Source of the DNA: Candidatus Muiribacteriota bacterium
GTDB lineage: Bacteria; Muiribacteriota; Muiribacteriia; Muiribacteriales; Muiribacteriaceae
Assembly (NCBI GenBank): GCA_051747805.1
Contig: JBNJGP010000014.1
Coordinates: 20,269 to 39,727, forward strand
Direction of reading: 5' to 3'
Length of the DNA stretch: 19,459 bases
The first letter of the stretch is position 1. The number at the start of each line of letters is the position of its first letter. Positions 9,438 through 17,444 of this stretch are shown in pieces. The position numbers and the translations under genes are program-made. Below the pieces are notes generated by a model. That model saw only the letters and a program-made list of their open reading frames with translations. It was not told the origin of the DNA and ran no database searches.

Positions 9438-11576
9438 ATGGATATGAACATGGACGACTTTATTAAAGATTTTTTAGAAGAAGCATTTGAAAAAATTGAA
9501 ATTATTGATGATAATTTATTGAACTTAGAAAACGAACCCGATAATGAAGAATTTTTAAATGAAATTTTCCGCTCTGCTCATACAGTTAAAGGTTCTGCCG
9601 GAACAATGGGTTTTGAAAATGTTGCAGAACTTATGCACAATATTGAAAATATTTTTTCAATGCTTAAAGAAAATAAACTTCAATTTACACCAGATATAAA
9701 TGATGTTGTTTTTGAGGGTATGGATAAAATCAAAGAAATGCTTGAACATATTGAATCAAAAGGTAAAGAAGAAGGCGAGGCCACCGTAGAAATAAAAAAA
9801 TTACAGCAGATTTCAAATCCGTCAGCGGATAATTCAGAAGCAGAAAAAGGGAAAAAAGAAACCAAAAGCAACTTGAGCATATCTGATATTGATAAAGATG
9901 TATTAAAACAAGAAGTTTCAAATGGTAAAAAAATTTATTCACTTACAGTTATTTTTTCCAAAGACTCTTTAATGCCCTCAGTTGGTAGATTTCTTGTAAT
10001 ACGTGAAATAGAAAATTCAGCCCATATTATAAAGGCATCCCCAACCATAGATGAATTAAACGAGGATAAATTAATCCCTTCCGGTGATTTTATTATTTCA
10101 ACAAATGAAAAAATTGCTGTTATAAAACAGAAGTTAAATATTCCAAATGAAGTTGATGATGTAAAATTTGCTGAATATAATATAGAACAAGAAGAAACTG
10201 AATCAAAAGCAGCAGAAAAAGAAAAACAGCCAAAAAAAGATGGGCAAGTTGCTAATAATAAAAAGAATCAGCCTGTAAAAAAAACCAAACCCAGTTTAAA
10301 AAAAGATACCGTACAGTCTTTAAGAGTTGATTCTGTTAAAATCGATTCATTGCTGAACCTTATTGGTGAGCAGGTTATTAATACTTCTAAATATTTCAGA
10401 CTTGAAAATAAAATTGACTCAAGATTTCATTCTTTAAAAATTGCTGCAAATAATTTAAGAGGAAATACAGAAGAAAGTCTTAATGAATTAATGAATATGG
10501 TAAATGATTTATATGCAGAATTCAAAGATATTACCGACACTTTCAGAGAAACAAATATTATGACACGCCGTTTAAATAATGAAATGCAGCAGAATACCAT
10601 GAAAATACGTATGCTTCCAGTTGAAAAAGTTTTTAAAAGATTTCCACGTATGGTCAGAGATATTTCAAGAGAGTTAAAAAAAGACATTGAGCTGGAAATT
10701 ACAGGACAGGAAACAGAGCTTGATAAAACAGTTATTGAAATTCTAGGAGACCCTCTTGTGCATATTGTGCGTAACGCACTTGACCATGGTATTGAAACAA
10801 GAGAGGAAAGAAAAGAAAATAATAAACCCGTAAAAGGTAATATTCATCTTAACGCAAGACACGAAGGAAACTCTATTTTTATAGAAATTACTGACGATGG
10901 AAAGGGGCTTCCAAGAGATAAAATACTTCAGAAAGCCATTGATAAAGGAATTATTGTGGACGGAATGGATAAAAATCTTTCAGACAAGGAAATTTATGGC
11001 CTTATTTTTGAGCCGGGATTTTCTACGGCAGACCAGGTTTCTGACCTTTCCGGACGCGGTGTGGGAATGGATGTTGTTAAAAAAAGTATTGATAAAGTTA
11101 ACGGCTCTGTTGAGGTTGAAAGTAATCCCGGCAGAGGTACTACTGTCAGAATAAAGCTTCCTCTTACTATGGCTATTATTGAGGCTTTACTGGTAAAAGG
11201 CTTAAATCAAACTTTTTCAATTCCTCTCAACGCCGTTGAAGAAACTGTAAAAATACCAAGAAAAGATATTTATTCTGTTGGAAATTCTCAGACAATTAAT
11301 ATTAGAGGAAACGTTATATCTGTTATATCTATTGAAAAATTATTCAATAAAGAAGAAGTTGAAAGAGAAGAAAACTTTATTGTAATTTTAGGATATGGTG
11401 ACAGACAGATTGGATTGATTGTAGATAAATTATACGGGGAACAAGAAATTGTTATCAAGAACCTTGAATCCGACCTGGTTAATACACCTGGTATTTCAGG
11501 GGCCAATATTTTAGGAGACGGTACAGTCAGCTTAATACTTGATACAAATAAATTACTTGAGAGGGCGCATAAATGA
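9438..11576 (+). CDS. cheA: Chemotaxis histidine kinase CheA
   Basis: HPt FRSAHTVKG, dimerisation LRVDSVKIDSLLNLIGE, HATPase HIVRNALDHG / DDGKG / GFST / GRGVGMDVV, and a C-terminal CheW-like P5 domain. Confidence 0.98.
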   Translation: MDMNMDDFIKDFLEEAFEKIEIIDDNLLNLENEPDNEEFLNEIFRSAHTVKGSAGTMGFENVAELMHNIENIFSMLKENKLQFTPDINDVVFEGMDKIKEMLEHIESKGKEEGEATVEIKKLQQISNPSADNSEAEKGKKETKSNLSISDIDKDVLKQEVSNGKKIYSLTVIFSKDSLMPSVGRFLVIREIENSAHIIKASPTIDELNEDKLIPSGDFIISTNEKIAVIKQKLNIPNEVDDVKFAEYNIEQEETESKAAEKEKQPKKDGQVANNKKNQPVKKTKPSLKKDTVQSLRVDSVKIDSLLNLIGEQVINTSKYFRLENKIDSRFHSLKIAANNLRGNTEESLNELMNMVNDLYAEFKDITDTFRETNIMTRRLNNEMQQNTMKIRMLPVEKVFKRFPRMVRDISRELKKDIELEITGQETELDKTVIEILGDPLVHIVRNALDHGIETREERKENNKPVKGNIHLNARHEGNSIFIEITDDGKGLPRDKILQKAIDKGIIVDGMDKNLSDKEIYGLIFEPGFSTADQVSDLSGRGVGMDVVKKSIDKVNGSVEVESNPGRGTTVRIKLPLTMAIIEALLVKGLNQTFSIPLNAVEETVKIPRKDIYSVGNSQTINIRGNVISVISIEKLFNKEEVEREENFIVILGYGDRQIGLIVDKLYGEQEIVIKNLESDLVNTPGISGANILGDGTVSLILDTNKLLERAHK

Positions 11577-12649
11577 TAAATGTTCTGGTTGTTGATGATT
11601 CTGCTTTAATGAGAAAAATCATAAAACAGATTCTTGAAAAAGATTCAGAAATTCAAGTTGTAGATACTGCTATGGACGGTATTTTTGCCGTTAACAAAGC
11701 CCGCTCGCTGAAACCCGATGTTATTACACTTGATGTTGAAATGCCCCGAAAAGACGGGCTGCAGGCCCTGAAAGAAATTAAAGAAACAAACCCGGAAATT
11801 CAGGTAATTATGTTAAGCTCTCTGACAAGTAAAAACGCCGAAACCACCCTTAAGTCGCTAGAGGCAGGAGCATTTGATTTTATTCATAAACCCTCTGGTA
11901 AAAGTATTGATATTTCTCTTGAAAACAGCTCTTCACAACAAATTATAGAAAAAGTTAAAAGTGCTTATACTCATCGCAAAAAATCCCCCAAACCCCCTTC
12001 AAGAATGAAAAATGCAATTAAAAAAATTTCTATTGAAGAAAGAGCAGAAGCCTATCAGAAAATAAAATCAAATAATCATTTAAATAATTTAATTGCTGTG
12101 GGTATTTCAACTGGCGGACCAAATGCTATTTTAGAGGTTTTACCAAAACTACCTGCTGATTTAAATGCTGCAATATTGATAGTTCAGCATATGCCCGCAG
12201 GTTTTACCGAGGCCTATGCTAATAGATTAAACTATATAAGTAAACTACTTGTAAAAGAGGCAAAAAAAGGTGATATTATTACAAATGGAAAGGTTTTTAT
12301 TGCTCCAGGTGATAAGCATATTGAGGTTGAAAGAAAAGGTGTTAATCTTATATTAGATGTTAATCAGAAGCCTCAAATAAATCATCACCGTCCCTCGGCT
12401 GATATTCTTTTTGAATCGGCTGCAAAAAATTTTGGAAAAAAAACAATGGGAATAATTATGACTGGAATGGGAAATGACGGCGCAAAAAATATTGGTTTAA
12501 TTAAACAGAATGGCGGCTATACAATAGGACAGGATGAAAAATCATGTATTGTGTATGGAATGCCCAGAGTTGCAGATGAGCTGGGAAATTTAGATAAAAC
12601 AGTTCCACTTGAAAAAATTTATGAAGAAATAATAAAGTTTTCTAAATAA
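11573..12649 (+). CDS. cheB: Chemotaxis response regulator methylesterase CheB
   Basis: Receiver domain (VVDDS, TLDVEMP, KP) plus esterase motifs ISTGG, VQHM, TGMGNDG. ATGA overlap with cheA. Confidence 0.98.
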   Translation: MINVLVVDDSALMRKIIKQILEKDSEIQVVDTAMDGIFAVNKARSLKPDVITLDVEMPRKDGLQALKEIKETNPEIQVIMLSSLTSKNAETTLKSLEAGAFDFIHKPSGKSIDISLENSSSQQIIEKVKSAYTHRKKSPKPPSRMKNAIKKISIEERAEAYQKIKSNNHLNNLIAVGISTGGPNAILEVLPKLPADLNAAILIVQHMPAGFTEAYANRLNYISKLLVKEAKKGDIITNGKVFIAPGDKHIEVERKGVNLILDVNQKPQINHHRPSADILFESAAKNFGKKTMGIIMTGMGNDGAKNIGLIKQNGGYTIGQDEKSCIVYGMPRVADELGNLDKTVPLEKIYEEIIKFSK

Positions 12650-12667
12650 TAACCAACAGGAGGAAAA

Positions 12668-13090
12668 ATGTCAGAAGATGTTAGCATTCAACCCGTGAAA
12701 AAGGCGGACGGCACTCCGTTTAAATTTTTAATTGTTGATGATTCAGCTTTTATGGTAAAAAACCTGGAAAGAGTTGTTAAAATTCTTAATGGTGAGGTTG
12801 CCGCAACTGCAGGTAACGGAAAAGAGGCAATACAGCAGTTTAAAAAAGTTCAACCAGACGTAGTAACAATGGATATTACAATGCCTGACATGGATGGAAT
12901 TCAGGCCGTTGAAGGTATTATGAAAGAAAATCCCAACGCAATAATAATAATGGTTTCAGCTTTAGGCCATCAGGATATGGTTAAAGAGGCTATTGTAAAA
13001 GGGGCAAAATATTTTATTGTAAAACCATTTAAAATTCCAGATGCATGTAATATTATAAGAAATTTTTTAATTAAGTTAGGGGGTAAATAA
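12668..13090 (+). CDS. cheY: Single-domain chemotaxis response regulator CheY
   Basis: Motifs IVDDS, TMDITMP, MVSA, FIVKPF. RBS AGGAGG. Lies in the che operon. Confidence 0.92.
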   Translation: MSEDVSIQPVKKADGTPFKFLIVDDSAFMVKNLERVVKILNGEVAATAGNGKEAIQQFKKVQPDVVTMDITMPDMDGIQAVEGIMKENPNAIIIMVSALGHQDMVKEAIVKGAKYFIVKPFKIPDACNIIRNFLIKLGGK

Positions 13091-13566
13091 TGCGTGTTGA
13101 ATATATAAACCCATTTGTAGAATCAGCTATATCAGTACTAGCAGAAATGGCCGGAGCCACTTTTACACGTGGGGACCTTGCCTTAAAAACATTTCCTATG
13201 GTTAGTAAGGGTCTTGTTATAGTAATCGGCGTTGCGGGCGAAATTGAGGGACGTGTTCTTTATGATATGGATAAAAAAACAGCCATGAAAGTGGCAGGTT
13301 TAATGATGGGCGGCGAAGAAGTTAACGAGTATGATGAAATGGTTGCCTCCGCACTTGCCGAACTCGGTAATATTATAAGCGGTAATGCTATTTCTCAACT
13401 AAATGACCTTGGTTTTACTTTTGATATAACCCCGCCTACACTTTTTTCCGGGGATAAACTTGAAATGAGTAATCCAAGTATAGGAACACAGACTCTTGTT
13501 ATTCCATTAAAATCTGATGAAGTTGGCGAAATAGTTGTTAACGTTGCCCTGAAGGAAAAAGCATAA
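13090..13566 (+). CDS. cheX: CheY-P phosphatase CheX
   Basis: YINPF start, IGVAGEIEG, ELGNIISG (ExxN), FDITPP. 1-nt TAATG overlap with cheY. Confidence 0.95.
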   Translation: MRVEYINPFVESAISVLAEMAGATFTRGDLALKTFPMVSKGLVIVIGVAGEIEGRVLYDMDKKTAMKVAGLMMGGEEVNEYDEMVASALAELGNIISGNAISQLNDLGFTFDITPPTLFSGDKLEMSNPSIGTQTLVIPLKSDEVGEIVVNVALKEKA

Positions 13567-14478
13567 ATGAAATATGTTTTTGGACCAGTTGCTTCAAGAA
13601 GGCTGGGAGCCTCTCTGGGCGTTGACTTGCTATATAATACAATATGTTCTTTTGATTGTATTTACTGTGAATGTGGTAAAACATCGGTGCTATCAACTCA
13701 GAGAAAATCCTATGTCCCACCCGAAAAGGTAATTCAGGAACTTGAATTTCACCTGAAAGATGGTGGTGAAAAAAATATTGATTTTGTTACTTTCTCTGGC
13801 AGCGGCGAACCAACTTTGAGCATTGATATTGGCAAAATAATAAAGTATTTAAAAACAAAAGACGTTAATACAGCATTACTTACAAACTCTACAATGCTAT
13901 GGCAAAAAGAGGTTAGAGATGCTGTCAGGGATATTGATGTTATTGTGCCAACTCTAAACACAGTAAATGATAAAACGTTGAAATTAATAAACTGTCCCAG
14001 CCCGCACATTAATATTGATAAAATTAAGGACGGACTGAAAAAGTTTTCTGCTATATTTAAAAATCAGATGTTTATAGAAATTCTTTTCTGTAGCGGTTTA
14101 AACGATACAAAAAAAGAACTACAGGGACTATGTGATTTTTTAAAAGAATTTCAGTTCACTAAAGTTCAGCTTAACACTGTTGTAAGGCCGCCGGCGTATT
14201 CTAAGGCAAAACCCTGCAGCAAAAATAAAATGCAAGAAATAAAGAACTTTTTCACAAAAGAAGGAATAAAGTCTGAAATTATTGGACTTCCAGCAAAAGT
14301 AAAAAAACAGCTTTTTGATGAAAATCAGTTTTTAAACACAATATCAATAAGACCTATGACATACAGTGATATTGAAAATCTTTTCAAAAAAAAAGATATT
14401 GATATTGATTTAATTATTCAGAAACTTATAAGAAAAAGAAAAATTTTTAAAAAAGGTGAATTTTATTTTAAAAAATGA
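13567..14478 (+). CDS. Radical SAM protein (COG0731-like; GPVxSRRLGxSLG subfamily)
   Basis: FGPVASRRLGASLGVDL, CSFDCIYC, FSGSGEPTL, LLTNS, QLNTVVRPP. Abuts the cheX stop. Confidence 0.92.
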   Translation: MKYVFGPVASRRLGASLGVDLLYNTICSFDCIYCECGKTSVLSTQRKSYVPPEKVIQELEFHLKDGGEKNIDFVTFSGSGEPTLSIDIGKIIKYLKTKDVNTALLTNSTMLWQKEVRDAVRDIDVIVPTLNTVNDKTLKLINCPSPHINIDKIKDGLKKFSAIFKNQMFIEILFCSGLNDTKKELQGLCDFLKEFQFTKVQLNTVVRPPAYSKAKPCSKNKMQEIKNFFTKEGIKSEIIGLPAKVKKQLFDENQFLNTISIRPMTYSDIENLFKKKDIDIDLIIQKLIRKRKIFKKGEFYFKK

Positions 14479-15716
14479 AAGTTATAACTGATTTACACTC
14501 ACATTCAGGATATTCAGGCGGTGTTGGTCAAGTAAGTCTTGAGGCTTTAACTGCCGGTATGCAGCTGAAAGGAATTGATATCTTCGGCACAGGAGACTGC
14601 CTGCATTCTAATTGGCACTCTTATCTTAAAAGAGAGCTTAAAGAAAAAAAACCCGGATTATTTGTATCAGAATTTAATAAAAACAAATATTTTGTGCTGC
14701 AGACTGAAATAATATTTACAATTCCCTATTCTAACAAAAAGCGAAAACTATTTCATATAGTACTGCTTTTTCCTGACTTTAATGTATTAGAAAAAACCGT
14801 TTCCTATATTGAAAGCATTAATGTAAAAAATAATATTGGACGCCCTTTTGTTAAATTTAACTCTATACGCGAAGTTGAGATTTTTATTGATAAACTAAAA
14901 GGAATAAGTCCGCTTATTGAGTTTATACCCGCACATGTTATGACACCACAGGGAATTTTCGGGTCTAAAAATCCTGTTTATTATCTTGAAGCACTTTTTG
15001 GTAAAAGAAAAGATATTATTAATATTGTTGAAACCGGTCTGAGCGCCGACCCCGAAATGCTTTCAGTTATACCTGAGCTTGATAATATTAACTTTATTTC
15101 ATGTTCTGACTGTCATTCTCCTGCAATAAGCCGTATTGGCCGTGAGCTTACTTTTGTTGAAATAAAAAATCTGAGTTATGCCAGTTTAATAGAATCCCTG
15201 AGAGATAGAAAAAAAACATATACATATGAATTTCCGCCCGAAGAAGGTAAATTTTTTCTAACAGGCCATAGGAAAGGAAAACAGGGTCATAAAAACAGCC
15301 CCAGCATTTTTTATCCGCAGCAAACCCCTGAAACAGGTATATGTCCAGACTGTAATAAGAATTTAACAATCGGCGTTTATGAGCATTTAATAAAAATTGC
15401 CAGAGAGCATAATTCAAGTAATAGATTTAAAGAAATCAAGGAATATAAAAGAAAAAACTTTAAAAAGCTGGTTCCACTTTCAGACGTGGTAAGAGAAGCT
15501 TTTAAAGTAAAATCATATACCTCAAAAGTTAATCGTACAGTAATCAGTTTAATAAATTATTATGGCTCAGAAGTTAAACTGTGGGATTCATTTAAAAAAG
15601 AAAATCATCCTGATTTAAGCAACCAAGTTATAGAGGCCGTATTTAAAGTTAAAAATCAAAAGTTTGAATTTGAACCAGGTTATGACGGAGAATACGGTAA
15701 ACTTAAAATTCATTAA
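14475..15716 (+). CDS. Endonuclease Q family protein (PHP domain plus Zn-binding region)
   Basis: DLHSHS, GTGD, PAHVMTP, ETGLSADPEM, SDCHS, GRE, EEGKF..GHR, CPDC, PGYDGEYG. ATGA overlap with the upstream gene. Confidence 0.85.
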   Translation: MKVITDLHSHSGYSGGVGQVSLEALTAGMQLKGIDIFGTGDCLHSNWHSYLKRELKEKKPGLFVSEFNKNKYFVLQTEIIFTIPYSNKKRKLFHIVLLFPDFNVLEKTVSYIESINVKNNIGRPFVKFNSIREVEIFIDKLKGISPLIEFIPAHVMTPQGIFGSKNPVYYLEALFGKRKDIINIVETGLSADPEMLSVIPELDNINFISCSDCHSPAISRIGRELTFVEIKNLSYASLIESLRDRKKTYTYEFPPEEGKFFLTGHRKGKQGHKNSPSIFYPQQTPETGICPDCNKNLTIGVYEHLIKIAREHNSSNRFKEIKEYKRKNFKKLVPLSDVVREAFKVKSYTSKVNRTVISLINYYGSEVKLWDSFKKENHPDLSNQVIEAVFKVKNQKFEFEPGYDGEYGKLKIH

Positions 15717-15804
15717 ATCCGCTTTAATAAGCAGTTTATAAATCTTAACACGTTATAAAGTCAATAGGTAAGCGGTACCTTAAAAAAAAATTTTTTCCAA
15801 AACC

Positions 15805-15833
15805 TTGACATTAGAATACTATACTGATTAAAT
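15805..15833 (+). promoter_or_regulatory. Putative sigma70 promoter for HU
   Basis: Perfect TTGACA at 15805-15810, 17-bp spacer, then TGn-TTAAAT (imperfect -10). A/T tracts upstream. Confidence 0.45.
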
Positions 15834-15878
15834 ATATATGTATAACAAAAAATCTTAAAGAAAGGCGGGGTACATTTT

Positions 15879-16151
15879 ATGAACAAAATGGAATTAATCG
15901 ATGCAGTAGCAAAAAACGCTTCAATAAGCAAAAAAGACGCTAAAAGCGCTCTAGAAGCAATGATTGGCGAAATCACCAAAACTCTTAAGAAAAAAGGTAA
16001 AGTAAGCCTTATTGGTTTCGGAACTTTCGAAACTTCAAAAAGAAAAGCTAGAAAAGGCGTTAACCCAAGAACTGGTGACACAATCAAAATTAAAGCTACT
16101 ACAGTTCCAAAATTCAGACCAGGTAAAGCTCTTAAAGACGCTGTAAAATAA
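15879..16151 (+). CDS. hup: DNA-binding protein HU
   Basis: MNKMELIDAVA, LIGFGTF, RKARKGVNPRTG, PKFRPGKALKDAV. Confidence 0.98.
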   Translation: MNKMELIDAVAKNASISKKDAKSALEAMIGEITKTLKKKGKVSLIGFGTFETSKRKARKGVNPRTGDTIKIKATTVPKFRPGKALKDAVK

Positions 16152-16180
16152 GAATACTTTAAAAAATTATTTTAATATTT

Positions 16181-16216
16181 AAATAGCCTCTTAATTTAGG
16201 GGCTATTTTCTTTTTT
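16181..16216 (+). terminator. Rho-independent terminator after HU
   Basis: Stem AAATAGCCTCT / AGGGGCTATTT (one G-U pair), loop TAATTT, followed by a T-rich tract. Confidence 0.85.
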
Positions 16217-16228
16217 AAAGGAGTTTTC

Positions 16229-16630
16229 ATGTATAAATCACCCTCTTTAACAGTCGATGGAATTGTAAAACTATCAGAAGGAATTGTTTTAATTAAGAGG
16301 AAAAATACCCCATTTAAAGGGCTTTGGGCACTTCCAGGCGGATTTGTTGATTATGGAGAAAAAGTTGAAAATGCTCTTTTGCGTGAAATGAAAGAAGAAA
16401 TAAGCATTAAAGTTAAAATAGAAAAAATGCTTGGAGTTTATTCTGACCCGGAAAGGGATCCAAGAGGCCATACTGTTTCAATTGTTTATATATGTGAGAC
16501 TCTGGAAAAATCCAGAAACATAAAGGCCGCAGATGATGCAGCTGAAGTTTTAATTACCCCGAAACCGCTTAAGTACAACCTGGCATTTGACCATGAAAAA
16601 ATATTAAAAGACTTTTTTGAACTTGAATAA
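16229..16630 (+). CDS. Nudix hydrolase
   Basis: Nudix box GGFVDYGEKVENALLREMKEE, plus RDPRGH and LAFDH. RBS AGGAG. Confidence 0.95.
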   Translation: MYKSPSLTVDGIVKLSEGIVLIKRKNTPFKGLWALPGGFVDYGEKVENALLREMKEEISIKVKIEKMLGVYSDPERDPRGHTVSIVYICETLEKSRNIKAADDAAEVLITPKPLKYNLAFDHEKILKDFFELE

Positions 16631-16673
16631 AAATTTATTTATATCGATAATTAAAATTAATCCGGAGGGTTAA

Positions 16674-17444
16674 ATGAAGAATATAAAAACATTCTGTATA
16701 GACCTTGACGGTACAGTATATATTAACGGCAAACTATATCCTGAAGCAAAGGAAACTATAAAAAAACTTAAAGAAAAATATAATGTAGTTTTTGTATCAA
16801 ACACAACAACAGCTCTTTTTGAGGATTTACTACAAAAATTAAATTCCTATGGTTTTGATATTACTGAAAAACATCTTTACACACCAGCCAAAACCGCAAA
16901 AAAAATAATGGAAAAAAATAATCATAATTCCGGTATAATAATTGTTCCAGAAAACACCAGAAAAGACTTTGAATGGTTTAACTATGATGAGAACGGTAAT
17001 ACTGTGTTAGTTGCAACTGAGGGAATGGACCTTAAATTCTCAGAACTAAAAAAACCATTTAATATGCTGTTAAAGGAAAATTCAAAATTCTACACTCTTC
17101 AAAAAAACCGATTCTATAAATCCAATGATGGGTATGAGCTGGATATGGGGGCAATTGTTGCACCACTTGAGTATGCCTCAGAAAAAGAGGCAGTAATTCT
17201 TGGAAAACCTTCAGAAACACTTTTTTCGCTGATTGCCGAGGAAAACAACTGTAAAATTGATGAAATGGCAATGGTTGGTGATGATATTGAGTTTGATATT
17301 TTAATTCCAATGAAACTTGGCTTAACCGGCTTTCTGGTTAAAACCGGCAAATATCGTGACGAAACAGCCCGTAAGGTAAAAGAAAAATATAAAATGTCAC
17401 CTGATTATGTGATAGAGGATATTTCAAAAATATTATATGGATAA
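16674..17444 (+). CDS. HAD-superfamily subfamily IIA hydrolase (NagD/LHPP-like)
   Basis: Motif I DLDGT, motif II SN, GKPS, motif IV VGDD..FDI, and LVKTGKYR. RBS GGAGG. Confidence 0.93.
   Translation: MKNIKTFCIDLDGTVYINGKLYPEAKETIKKLKEKYNVVFVSNTTTALFEDLLQKLNSYGFDITEKHLYTPAKTAKKIMEKNNHNSGIIIVPENTRKDFEWFNYDENGNTVLVATEGMDLKFSELKKPFNMLLKENSKFYTLQKNRFYKSNDGYELDMGAIVAPLEYASEKEAVILGKPSETLFSLIAEENNCKIDEMAMVGDDIEFDILIPMKLGLTGFLVKTGKYRDETARKVKEKYKMSPDYVIEDISKILYG

Noticed and set aside
15717..15745. Terminator after the EndoQ-like gene
   Set aside because: Only a 4-bp core stem (GCTT/AAGC) with no good U tract.
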